A stretch of DNA of 64,000 bases, taken from Hyphomicrobiales bacterium. GTDB lineage: Bacteria > Pseudomonadota > Alphaproteobacteria > Rhizobiales > JAKPQE01. Made by a program: the position numbers and the translations under genes. Every line of letters starts with the position of its first letter. Position 1 is the first letter of the stretch. Below are positions 53,313 to 64,000 of this stretch, piece after piece. The stretch lies in assembly GCA_041397845.1 (NCBI GenBank), contig JAWKVW010000006.1, forward strand, positions 6,061-70,060, in the 5' to 3' direction. The notes beneath the pieces were generated by a model. That model did no database searches. It was given only the letters and a program-made list of their open reading frames with translations, and was not told where the DNA came from.

Positions 53313-54110
53313 CAGTTCACCCCCTCACCTGCCCTCGAGCGTGTGCGACGCCACTTCTTCAGGACAACCGGGACAAGGGCAACGAGACCGAGGGCGAGGA
53401 AGGCAAGGATGAGCTCGGGCGTGACGAGGGCGGAGGGGTCGAGCGTCACGGTAGGCCGGATCGGCGGCGCACTCGGGATTGGCGGCGCGCTGGGCGGCAA
53501 CGACGCTATCAAGGCCGGCGCCGAGGAAGGAATAGGCCGCCGTGCCCGGGATGATGCCGATGAAGGTGGCAAGGAAGAAGGTGCGCAGCGGCACTTCGAG
53601 CAGCGCCGGGGCGAGATTGACCAGCCAGAACGGAAAGGCCGGCACGAGGCGCAGGAACAGGAGATAGCCGAAGGCATCCTCGCGAAAGCCGGCGCCAAGG
53701 CGCGACAGGAAGGGTCCGGCGCGGGCAGCAAGGACAGCGCCGAGGGATGAGCGCGCTGCAAGGAAGAGAAGCGTTGCGCCGATGGTCGCGGCAAAGACCG
53801 TGAGGAGCGCGCCGACGACCCAGCCGAAGAGCACGGCGCCGGCGATGGTCAGGATGCTGGCGCCGGGCAATGACAGGGCAACGGTCGCGACATAGACGGC
53901 GAAATAGACGGCAAGGGCGAGAAAGCGGTTGTCGGCGACGAAGGTCGCCAGCGCCTCGCGATATTCGATGAGCGAGGCGAGCGACAGGTAGCGGTGCCAG
54001 CCCATGGCGAAGGCCAGGACCATCGCGGCGAGAATGACGACGAGCGGCAGGGCGCGCAACAGGGCACTGCCGGTGCGCCGCTCCTTGCCATATGCGCTTT
54101 CGCTCGCCAT
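53312..54110 (-). CDS. TVP38/TMEM64 family membrane protein, frameshifted near 53455
   Basis: MASESAYGKERRTGSALLRALPLVVILAAMVLAF...LSLPGASILTIAGAVLFGWVVGALLTVFAATIGATLLFLAARSSLG...FWLVNLAPALLEVPLRTFFLATFIGIIPGTAAYSFLGAGL; tail TLDPSALVTPELILAFLALGLVALVPVVLKKWRRTRSRAGEGVN* lies in another frame. Confidence 0.88.
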
Positions 54111-54427
54111 TGCCGATACTTTCCGAATTTCCGGTTTGCCTTGATCGATTTTGCCAGAATAGTCCGGCGCTCCGGCCTCGGCACCCGATTTCGGCCGCTC
54201 TCACCGTCATTTGAAGGCTGACGGCGAGGCCATCACCGCTTCGTGATGGGCGGGAGAAGAGCCGGCGCACGTTGACTTTGCGCCACCCACTCCGTATAAG
54301 CCCGCTCGAATGGACGATCGTGTCCCGCAGTGCCCGTTCAGGGCACGATGTCGGTTAGCCAACCACGGACACGCGGCCGCATCCGAAAAAAGAGATTTCG
54401 AGGAGCCGCTTCCGGCGGAACAGAACT

Positions 54428-54562
54428 ATGAAACGGACCTATCAGCCCAGCAAGCTCGTCCGCAAGCGCCGCCACGGCTTCCGCGCCCGCATGGCGACGG
54501 AAGGCGGCCGCAAGGTCATCGCGGCCCGTCGGGCTCGCGGGCGCAAGCGCCTCTCGGCCTGA
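54428..54562 (+). CDS. rpmH: 50S ribosomal protein L34
   Basis: [44 protein letters not shown] translated directly (shorter than the ORF-track cutoff). Confidence 0.97.
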   Translation: MKRTYQPSKLVRKRRHGFRARMATEGGRKVIAARRARGRKRLSA

Positions 54563-54623
54563 CCGGACGGCGCCGGCGGACAGGGGTTCGCAGGCGCGGC
54601 CGGCGGCGCGGAGCTTCTTTGCG

Positions 54624-54971
54624 ATGCGATTGAAAAAGCGCGCCGAATTTCTCGCTGCCGCCAAGGGACGGCGGTGTTCGCGCGCGACGCTGACCATGCA
54701 GTGCCGGCGGCGCGACGGCGACGAGAGCGGGCCGCGCTTCGGCTATACCGTGACCAAGAAGACCGGATGCTCGGTGGAGCGCAACCGCATGCGGCGGCGC
54801 TTTCGCGAGGCCGTCCGCAAGGTTGCGCCGGAACATGCCGCGGCCGGACATGACTACGTGCTGATCGCGCGGCGCCCGGCGCTCGAGGCTCCGTTCGCCT
54901 CGATCGTCGCGGACATTGTCGCATGCCTTCAGCGTTTCGGCGGGTCGCACGGCCCGGCCAAAGCAACGTGA
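54624..54971 (+). CDS. rnpA: Ribonuclease P protein component
   Basis: MRLKKRAEFLAAAKGRRCSRATLTMQ...FGYTVTKKTGCSVERNRMRRRFREAVRKVAPEHAAAGHDYVLIARRPAL. Confidence 0.95.
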   Translation: MRLKKRAEFLAAAKGRRCSRATLTMQCRRRDGDESGPRFGYTVTKKTGCSVERNRMRRRFREAVRKVAPEHAAAGHDYVLIARRPALEAPFASIVADIVACLQRFGGSHGPAKAT

Positions 54972-55136
54972 CGGCGATCGCGGGGGCCAAGGCCTCCGGG
55001 GTCGCCTTTTTTTGTTTGCCGTTCGCAGTCCTTCCGCATCCGGGCATCTTTCGGCGCCCCGCGGAAGACCGTGGACTGACTTGATAGAGAACAGACGGCA
55101 GGGACGGCCGGCCTGTTCGCAGCCGAGTGATCCGGG

Positions 55137-56978
55137 ATGGACGAGAACCGCAACTATCTGCTCGCAATCGCCCTGTCGCTGGTGATCCTCGTCGGATGGC
55201 AATTCTTCATTGCCGGACCGAAGATCGAGGCGCAGCGCCAGCGCGCCGCCATCGAGGCGCAACAGAACGAGCAGGCGGCGCCCGCGCCGCAGGGCCAGAC
55301 CGGCGAAGCCGCCCCCTCGGCGGTGCCGCAGGCGCAGGGCGAAAGCGGCGCTCCGGCGGTTCCGGCCGGCCCGGCGGCGAACGCGCCGACGACCGGCGAC
55401 CGCACCGCCGCCCTGGCCGCCGACGCCCGCATCGTCATTGACACCCCGGCGCTGTCGGGCTCGCTCAACCTCAAGGGCGGGCGGATCGACGACATCCGGC
55501 TGAAGAACTACCACGAGACCGTCGACCCGAAGAGCCCGACGATCGAGCTGCTGTCGCCGGCCGGCAGCGCCAATCCCTATTACGCCGATTTCGGCTGGGT
55601 CGCCGACACCGGCACGACCGTCGCCCTGCCCGGCCCGGAGACGCTGTGGACGGTGGAATCGGGCGACAAGCTCGAGCCCGGCAAGCCGCTGGTCATCGCC
55701 CACGACAACGGCCAGGGCGTCGTCTTCCGGCGCACCATCACGCTCGACGAGCGTTACATGTTCACCGTCGTCCAGTCGGTGGAGAACGGCAGCGGCCAGC
55801 CGATGACGCTCTATCCCTACGGCCTGCTGTCGCGGCAGGGCACGCCGCACACCACCGGCTACTACATCCTGCACGAGGGCCTCATCGGCGTTCTCGGCGA
55901 GGAGGGCCTCACCGAGGTCAAGTACAAGGACATCAAGGAGAAGCTGGAGCAGACGCATCGCGACGTCGGTCGCGGCTGGATCGGCATCACCGACAAGTAC
56001 TGGGCGGCGGTGCTGTTCCCGGACGATACGGCGCAGTTCGACGCGCGCTTCACCTATCGCCAGCGCAATGGCGTGGAGACCTACCAGACCGACTATCTCG
56101 GCAAGGCGCGCACCATCGCGGCCGGCGAGAAAGGCGAGACGACGGCGCGGCTCTTTGCCGGCGCCAAGGAGGTCGCGGCGGTCGACGGCTATGAAACCCA
56201 GTACAAGTTCGAGAACTTCGACCTCCTGATCGACTGGGGCTGGTTCTACTTCTTCACCAAGCCGCTGTTCTACATCATCGACTGGCTGTTCAAGATGTTC
56301 GGCAACTTCGGCGTGGCGATCCTGCTCGTCACCGTCCTGGTGAAGGCGATCTTCTTCCCGCTGGCGAACAAGTCCTACGTCTCGATGAGCCGGATGAAGA
56401 AGGTGCAGCCGTTGATGAAGGAGCTGCAGGACCGCTTCAAGGACGACAAGATGCGCCAGCAGCAGGCGCTGATGGAGCTCTACAAGAAAGAGAAGATCAA
56501 TCCGCTGTCCGGCTGCCTGCCGATCGTCGTCCAGATCCCGGTGTTCTTCGCGCTCTACAAGGTGCTGTTCATCACCATCGAGATGCGCCACGCGCCGTTC
56601 TTCGGCTGGATTCACGATCTTGCCGCGCCGGATCCGACCACGCTCTTCAACCTGTTCGGCCTCATTCCCTGGACGCCGCCGCAGATGCTGATGATCGGTA
56701 TCTGGCCGCTGATCATGGGCGTGACGATGTTCCTGCAGATGAAGCTCAACCCGGCACCGACCGATCCGGTGCAGGCTTCGATCTTCACCTGGATGCCGGT
56801 GATCTTCACCTTCATCCTCGGCTCGTTCCCGGCCGGCCTCGTCATCTACTGGAGCTGGAACAACTTCCTGTCGATCGTCCAGCAGATGACGATCATGAAG
56901 CGGCAGGGGGTCAAGATCGAGCTCTGGGACAATCTCGCCGCGATGCTGAAACGCGGCGCCAAGGACACGACCGGCTGA
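55137..56978 (+). CDS. yidC: Membrane protein insertase YidC
   Basis: [25 protein letters not shown]...[89 protein letters not shown]. Confidence 0.97.
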   Translation: MDENRNYLLAIALSLVILVGWQFFIAGPKIEAQRQRAAIEAQQNEQAAPAPQGQTGEAAPSAVPQAQGESGAPAVPAGPAANAPTTGDRTAALAADARIVIDTPALSGSLNLKGGRIDDIRLKNYHETVDPKSPTIELLSPAGSANPYYADFGWVADTGTTVALPGPETLWTVESGDKLEPGKPLVIAHDNGQGVVFRRTITLDERYMFTVVQSVENGSGQPMTLYPYGLLSRQGTPHTTGYYILHEGLIGVLGEEGLTEVKYKDIKEKLEQTHRDVGRGWIGITDKYWAAVLFPDDTAQFDARFTYRQRNGVETYQTDYLGKARTIAAGEKGETTARLFAGAKEVAAVDGYETQYKFENFDLLIDWGWFYFFTKPLFYIIDWLFKMFGNFGVAILLVTVLVKAIFFPLANKSYVSMSRMKKVQPLMKELQDRFKDDKMRQQQALMELYKKEKINPLSGCLPIVVQIPVFFALYKVLFITIEMRHAPFFGWIHDLAAPDPTTLFNLFGLIPWTPPQMLMIGIWPLIMGVTMFLQMKLNPAPTDPVQASIFTWMPVIFTFILGSFPAGLVIYWSWNNFLSIVQQMTIMKRQGVKIELWDNLAAMLKRGAKDTTG

Positions 56979-56991
56979 GCGGACGCTTCCC

Positions 56992-57669
56992 ATGACCGAC
57001 ACGGCGCGGGACGCCGCCCTTGCAGAAGCAGCGCTCAGGACATTTCAGGTGCCCTGGGCGTTCCGCACCGAGGTCCGGCATCTTGAAGACCTGCCGGCGA
57101 TCGAGGGCGTCGAGATCGCCTTTGCCGGGCGCTCGAATGTCGGCAAGTCGAGCCTCATCAACGCCCTCACCTTCCAGAAGTCGCTGGCGCGGACCTCGAA
57201 CACGCCGGGGCGCACGCAGGGTCTCGTGCTGTTCACCGGCGCGCCGGGCCTGACCATGATCGACATGCCCGGCTATGGCTATGCCGAGGCGCCCAAGCAC
57301 ACGGTCGACACCTGGACGAAGCTCATCCTCGACTATCTGCGCGGCCGGCCGACGCTGCGCCGGGTGTTCCTGCTCATCGATTCGCGGCACGGCCTGAAGA
57401 AGACCGACGTGCAGGTGATGGACCTGCTCGACAAGTCCGCCGTCGGCTACCAGATCGTGCTGACCAAGGCCGACAAGCCGAAGGGTGTCGATCTCGACAA
57501 GACCGAGGCGGCCGTCGCCAAGGCGATCGCCAAGCGGCCGGCGGCGCATCCGGTCATCATCCGGACGTCCTCGATTGCCGGCAGCGGCCTTGAGACGCTG
57601 CGCACAGAAATCTACACGCTGACGCTCGGCCCCGGCGAGTGGCCGACGGCGAGCGACGAATTGCGGTAG
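56992..57669 (+). CDS. engB: Ribosome biogenesis GTP-binding protein YihA/YsxC
   Basis: [42 protein letters not shown]...[14 protein letters not shown]...VLTKADKPK. Confidence 0.93.
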   Translation: MTDTARDAALAEAALRTFQVPWAFRTEVRHLEDLPAIEGVEIAFAGRSNVGKSSLINALTFQKSLARTSNTPGRTQGLVLFTGAPGLTMIDMPGYGYAEAPKHTVDTWTKLILDYLRGRPTLRRVFLLIDSRHGLKKTDVQVMDLLDKSAVGYQIVLTKADKPKGVDLDKTEAAVAKAIAKRPAAHPVIIRTSSIAGSGLETLRTEIYTLTLGPGEWPTASDELR

Positions 57670-57799
57670 CCATGGCGCGACGCCGGCCCTTCACAGGCCG
57701 GCCGCAAGCGGCTATTCAAACGAGCGGAACGTGGCGGCGCGGCGCAGCCGATGACGGGCGTTCCGGATGATCGGGGCCTATTCCAGCGAGGGCGAAGCG

Positions 57800-58768
57800 A
57801 TGGCGGCAAACGATCCGAAACTCGTGACGGTGTTCGGCGGCTCCGGCTTTGTCGGGCGGCACGTCGTCAGGGCGCTGGTCAAGCGCGGCCACAGGGTGCG
57901 CGTTGCGGTGCGCCGGCCGGATCTGGCGAACTTCCTGCAGCCGATCGGCGCGGTCGGCCAGATCCACGCCGTGCAGGCCAATCTTCGCTATCCCGATTCG
58001 GTGGCGCGGGCCGTTGATGGCGCCGACGCCGTCGTCAACGCGGTCGGCATTCTCTACGAGACCGGCAAGCAGCGCTTCGGCGCGGTGCAGGCGACCGGCC
58101 CGAAGGCAATCGCCGAGGCGGCGCGCGATGCCGGTATCGGCAATTTCGTGCAGATCTCGGCGATCGGCGCCGATGCCGGCTCGAAGTCTGATTATGCCAA
58201 GACCAAGGCGGCCGGCGAGACCGCCGTCTTCAACGCGGTGCCCGGCGCTGTCGTGCTGCGGCCCTCGATCGTGTTCGGACCGGAAGACGATTTCTTCAAC
58301 CGCTTCGCGGCGATGGCCCGGCTGTCGCCGGTGCTGCCGCTGATCGGCGGCGGCAAGACCCGGTTCCAGCCGGTGTTCGTCGGCGACGTCGCGGCGGCCG
58401 TTGCCAAGGCGGTCTCGGGCGAGGCCAAGGCCGGCACGGTCTATGAGCTCGGCGGGCCGCAGGTCTTCACCTTCGCCGAACTGATGGAGCTGATGCTGAA
58501 GGTCATCGCCCGCAAGCGCCTGCTGGTGCCGGTGCCGGGCATTCCGGCAAAGCTCATGGCGCGGGTGCTGGAGCTGCTGCCGAAGCCGCTGCTGACCTGC
58601 GACCAGTTGATCATGCTCGAGAAGGACAATGTCGTCAGCGACGCGGCGATCGCGGAAGGGCGCACGCTCGCCGGTCTCGGACTGACAACGGAAACGCTGG
58701 CGGCCGAGCCGAGCTATCTCTACCGCTTCCGGGCGCACGGCCAGTTCGAGGCGCAGCGCAGCTTCTGA
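57800..58768 (+). CDS. Complex I NDUFA9-like NAD(P)-binding protein
   Basis: KLVTVFGGSGFVGRHVVRALVKRGHRVRVAVRRPDLANFLQPIGAVGQIHAVQANLRYPDSVARAVDGADAVVNAVGIL...GPEDDFFNRFAAMARLSPVLPLIGGGKTRFQPVFVGDVAAAV. Confidence 0.92.
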   Translation: MAANDPKLVTVFGGSGFVGRHVVRALVKRGHRVRVAVRRPDLANFLQPIGAVGQIHAVQANLRYPDSVARAVDGADAVVNAVGILYETGKQRFGAVQATGPKAIAEAARDAGIGNFVQISAIGADAGSKSDYAKTKAAGETAVFNAVPGAVVLRPSIVFGPEDDFFNRFAAMARLSPVLPLIGGGKTRFQPVFVGDVAAAVAKAVSGEAKAGTVYELGGPQVFTFAELMELMLKVIARKRLLVPVPGIPAKLMARVLELLPKPLLTCDQLIMLEKDNVVSDAAIAEGRTLAGLGLTTETLAAEPSYLYRFRAHGQFEAQRSF

Positions 58769-58798
58769 GTGGCGCGCCGGCGACCCCTCACCAACGAC

Positions 58799-58823
58799 AA
58801 AGGGCGGCCTCGTGCCGCCCTTT
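58799..58823. terminator. Bidirectional rho-independent terminator
   Basis: AAAGGGCGGC-ctcgt-GCCGCCCTTT, 10-bp perfect stem between convergent genes. Confidence 0.85.
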
Positions 58824-58852
58824 GCATGTCGGGTCAGGTGGCCACCGTCATA

Positions 58853-59598
58853 TCACCGGGCGAGGCCGGCGAGGAAGGCGGCGAGATCGTCGGTGACGAA
58901 CTCGCACATGCGGGTCGACGGCGCCTTCCAGTTCCCATTCCTCGCGAAACACCTGGCGGGTGCCTCGGCACAATGAGCACCGTGCGCATGCCGATCTCGT
59001 GCGGTACGGCGAGATTGCGCGGCAGGTCCTCGAACATCGCCGCGCGCTTCGGGTCGATGCCGGTGCGGGCGATGAAGCGGTCGTAGGTCTCGCGGTACGG
59101 CTTGGGCATGTGGTCGGCGGCAACGATGTCGAAGATGTCGTCGAAATGCCCGGCGATGCCGAGGCGGCCGGCGACCTTCTCGGCGTGGGACACCGAGCCG
59201 TTGGTGAAGATGTATTTGCGCCCGGCAAGGCCGGCGATCGCCTCGCCGAGGGCGGGATCGGGCGGCACCGGCGAATGGTCGATGTCGTGAACGAACTCGA
59301 GGAACGCGTCCGGCGATATGCCGTGCTCGATCATCAGGCCGCGCATGGTGGTGCCGTAGCGCTGGTAGTAATCCTTCTGCACCCGGTAGGCATCATCCGG
59401 TCCGAGGTCGAGCAGGCGCTCGACATAGGTGCGGATCTTCACGTCGATCTGGGCAAACAGATTGACGTGCTCCGGATAGAGGGTGTTGTCGAGATCGAAC
59501 ACCCAGCTATCGATGCCGGCGAAGGCCTCTTGCGGCGCAAGGCCCGAGGAACTGGTCACGGCGGCGGCCTCAGTGCTTGATGAGGGTGCCGACGCCAT
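58853..59598 (-). CDS. Pyrimidine 5'-nucleotidase (HAD family), frameshifted near the 3' end
   Basis: [64 protein letters not shown]...[21 protein letters not shown]...[24 protein letters not shown]; [15 protein letters not shown] and [17 protein letters not shown] in other frames. Confidence 0.85.
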
Positions 59599-60490
59599 GA
59601 TCGGTGTAGAGCTCGAGCAGCACGGCGTGGGGCACGCGGCCGTCGAGAATGACGACGCCCTCGACGCCCTGGCGCAGCGACTGGATGCAGGTCTCGACCT
59701 TCGGGATCATGCCGCCGGAGATGGTGCCGTCGGCGATGAGGGCCTTGGCCTCGGAGACGGTGAGTTCGCGGATGAGCTTGCCGTCGCGATCGAGGACACC
59801 GGCGACATCCGTCAGGAACAGCAGGCGACGGGCGCCGAGCGCGCCGGCAATCGCGCCGGCGAACGTGTCGGCATTGACGTTGTAGGTCTCGCCGTCGTCA
59901 CCGAAGGCAACAGGGGCAATGACCGGCACGAGATCGGAATGGGCGATGACGTCGAGAACCTTGCGGTTGACGGTGTCGGGCTCGCCGACGAAGCCGAGGT
60001 CGATGACCTTCTCGATGTTCGAATCGGGGTCCTTCATGGTGCGGGTCGCCTTCCTGGCGCGCACCATGTTGCCGTCCTTGCCGCAAAGGCCGATGGCGCG
60101 GCCGCCGGCATGATTGATCGAGGCGACGATCTGCTTGTTGATGAGGCCGGCGAGAACCATCTCGACGATTTCGACGGTGGCCTTGTCGGTGACGCGCAGG
60201 CCGCCGCGGAACTCGCTCTTGATGCCGAGACGCTCCAGCATCGAGCCGATCTGCGGGCCGCCGCCATGAACGACGACCGGATTGACGCCGCTCTGCTTCA
60301 GGAGCGCGATGTCGCGGGCAAAGGCGTTGGCCGTCGCATCGTCGACCATGGCGTGGCCGCCGTATTTCACCACCACGGTCTGACTGTCGTAGCGCTGCAT
60401 GTAGGGCAGCGCGCCGGACAGCACGCGGGCTTCGCGGACATAGATATCGCGGCGGGATTCGGCGTCGTCGGTCATTGGTCCGTCCGTCAT
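59570..60490 (-). CDS. argB: Acetylglutamate kinase
   Basis: [76 protein letters not shown]. Confidence 0.96.
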   Translation of the reverse strand: MTDGPMTDDAESRRDIYVREARVLSGALPYMQRYDSQTVVVKYGGHAMVDDATANAFARDIALLKQSGVNPVVVHGGGPQIGSMLERLGIKSEFRGGLRVTDKATVEIVEMVLAGLINKQIVASINHAGGRAIGLCGKDGNMVRARKATRTMKDPDSNIEKVIDLGFVGEPDTVNRKVLDVIAHSDLVPVIAPVAFGDDGETYNVNADTFAGAIAGALGARRLLFLTDVAGVLDRDGKLIRELTVSEAKALIADGTISGGMIPKVETCIQSLRQGVEGVVILDGRVPHAVLLELYTDHGVGTLIKH

Positions 60491-60609
60491 CGGGGTCAAT
60501 CCGTATGGCCGGGCACGACGTGGTGCGAAGCGCCGGTCCCGTCGGGTCTTAGCGCTTTTCCCCTCGCCTCTCAATGCCCCGGCCGAGAGGCCGCCCTTTG
60601 CCGGCCGCC

Positions 60610-61173
60610 TCAGCGGTCAGCGAATTCCTCGACGAGATCGCGCAGCTCGAGGGCACGCTCGGCGGTCGTCTCCATCGAGCAATAGGCAGAGGCCGGGATG
60701 CCGGCGGTGCCGCCCTCGAACCTGGCATGGGCGAAGCCGCATTTGGCATCGCGCCATTTGATCCAGAGGCGCTGGACGTCGCGATATTCCGTGGCAACCC
60801 CGGCCGGCATGGCGTCGCGGGCCATTGCGTACCAGTCATTCAGGAGCCCGTCCCAGATCGCCTCCTCACGGCGGGCGCAGCCGGCCATGCCGTGGGTATG
60901 CTGGTTCTCGGGATCCTCAAGGCAAGGGTCGGCGACGATGCCGATGCAGTCATGGGCGATATCGCGGCGCGTGGCTCCGGCCGAAGCCTCGAGGCAATCA
61001 TGGATCGTCTGGATGTGATCCGCGGTCGGGGCATAGGGACTGTCGTCGGACGCGGCAAGTGCGCCGCACCGGCCGACAGCGATGGCAGCAACAGCGCGGG
61101 GATGCGTCGCATGGAGGCTGCTTCCGGGCGAGCGGCACGGTCGCGGCACGATGCCGATGTGTCTGCCGCTCAA
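60610..61173 (-). CDS. LprI-like (DUF1311) lysozyme-inhibitor family protein; N-terminus uncertain
   Basis: [43 protein letters not shown]...[26 protein letters not shown]...[45 protein letters not shown]. Confidence 0.65.
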   Translation of the reverse strand: MSGRHIGIVPRPCRSPGSSLHATHPRAVAAIAVGRCGALAASDDSPYAPTADHIQTIHDCLEASAGATRRDIAHDCIGIVADPCLEDPENQHTHGMAGCARREEAIWDGLLNDWYAMARDAMPAGVATEYRDVQRLWIKWRDAKCGFAHARFEGGTAGIPASAYCSMETTAERALELRDLVEEFADR

Positions 61174-61262
61174 CGATTAGCCGGTTTGCAGATGCACCTC
61201 AATCGGCAGGCACGCGGAGTCTGGAGGGCCTGGACCCCTCACCTCTCGCCCTTGGGGCCAGC

Positions 61263-61300
61263 CCTCACCCTAACCCTCTCCCCAACGGGGAGAGGGACGC
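61263..61300. repeat. REP-like intergenic element CCCTCACCCTAACCCTCTCCCCAACGGGGAGAGGG
   Basis: Inverted repeat CCCTCTCCCC-aa-CGGGGAGAGGG; belongs to a family commonly seen between proteobacterial genes. Confidence 0.75.
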
Positions 61301-61379
61301 AAGGTGCTCGCTCGTGAAGCCCTCGCGAGCTGCGGGCGCGGCGCGACCGACCGGCGCCCGCGAGCTCATCCCGTCGCTC

Positions 61380-63025
<1,646 letters not shown>

Positions 63026-63119
63026 GCGGTTCATCTCTGCCGATCACGTGAATTCCGGGAACAAAAGGCCGGCGGCCTGACGCGCGGGCCGGCGCGATAT
63101 GGCGGCCGGTCGAACACCT

Positions 63120-63932
63120 CGCCGGGCCGGGCACGTCCGCCATCGAATAAACGCCGGGCTTGCGGCCCCGGCCCCAGAGCGCGGCCTTGACGGCGCCACG
63201 CGAGAAGATGGTGCGATCCCCGGCGCGGTGGGTGAAGCCGATGCGCTCGCCCTCGCCGGCCAGGATGACGGTGTGGTCGCCGATGACCGAGCCGCCGCGC
63301 AGGGTGGCAAAGCCGATGTCGCCGACCGGGCGCGGGCCGGTGTGGCCGTCGCGGGTGCGCACCGAACGCTCGCCGAGGGCGATGCCCCGGCCGCTGGCGG
63401 CGGCCTTCCCGAGCAGGAGCGCAGTGCCCGAGGGGGCGTCGACCTTGTGGCGGTGATGCATCTCGACGATCTCGATGTCGAACTCCTCGGAGAGCGCCTT
63501 GGCGGCGCGCTGGACGAGGGCGGCAAGGAGATTGACGCCAAGGCTCATATTGCCGGAGCGAACGATGACGGCATGGCGGCCGGCGGCGCGGATACGCTCG
63601 TCATCGGCGGCGGAAAGGCCGGTGGTGCCGATGACGTGGACGATACGGGCCTGGGCGGCGATCGCCGAGAAGGCGACGGTCGCGGCCGGCGAGGTGAAGT
63701 CGAGAACGCCATCCGCCCTGGCAAAGACCGGCAGCGGATCGTCGCTGACCGCGACACCGAGGGCATCGAGGCCGGCAAGACGCCCGGCATCCTCGCCAAG
63801 GGCCGGCGAGCCCTCGCGCTCGATGGCGCCGACAAGGGTCGCGCCCTCGGTCGAGGCCACCATGCGGACCAGCGCCTGACCCATCCGCCCGGCCGCGCCG
63901 ACAACCACGAGCCGCATCTCGGACATGATCAT
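63120..63932 (-). CDS. dapB: 4-hydroxy-tetrahydrodipicolinate reductase (3' end frameshifted)
   Basis: [40 protein letters not shown]...[34 protein letters not shown]...[24 protein letters not shown]...[26 protein letters not shown]. Confidence 0.95.
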
Positions 63933-64000
63933 TCTCCCGATGTTCTTCTTCGCATTGCGGTATAGCAGTGCTGCCGCGCCGGCGGAAGCCAGACCTTGCG

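Noticed and set aside
54971-55015. Terminator between rnpA and yidC (GGCGACC...GGTCGCC-TTTTTTT)
   Set aside because: The stem is imperfect although a T-tract is present; these genes are normally co-transcribed, so I cannot support it without transcript data.
54516-57002. 828-aa minus ORF opposite rpmH-rnpA-yidC
   Set aside because: Antisense to three strongly conserved genes; low-complexity composition.

Overview
This is a high-GC alphaproteobacterial chromosomal window, most likely Hyphomicrobiales/Rhizobiales judging by gene content and order. It is mostly ordinary housekeeping and metabolic DNA. I recognise gyrB, infC (ATT start), rsmE, gshA, mbfA, cfa, tRNA-Ala(GGC), aroA-cmk, hisF-hisE-coaA, an ATP12 chaperone gene, tupBCA, mscL, rpmH-rnpA-yidC-engB, argB, gpmI and dapB. 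I see no phage, transposase, integrase or CRISPR signal. The most interesting parts are: (1) a haem/redox cluster at 34.2-37.5 kb, with a cytochrome b fused to a dihaem cytochrome c domain, an SHP/DUF1924 haem protein, a free dihaem cytochrome c, a His/Asp-rich PepSY protein and a two-component system; (2) a region at 40.2-49.3 kb resembling the 'acetate switch', with an SLC5-symporter/hybrid histidine kinase, a three-module DnaQ-exonuclease/CBS/DUF294-nucleotidyltransferase fusion and a FixJ-like regulator; (3) several intergenic repeats. Many conserved genes (ynjB, an APH-like kinase, gyrB, DUF1330, TMEM64, a HAD nucleotidase, gpmI, dapB) are broken by frameshifts. Because essential single-copy genes are affected, these look like sequence or assembly errors rather than pseudogenes. 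All calls come from reading translations and nucleotides by eye; no database search was run.
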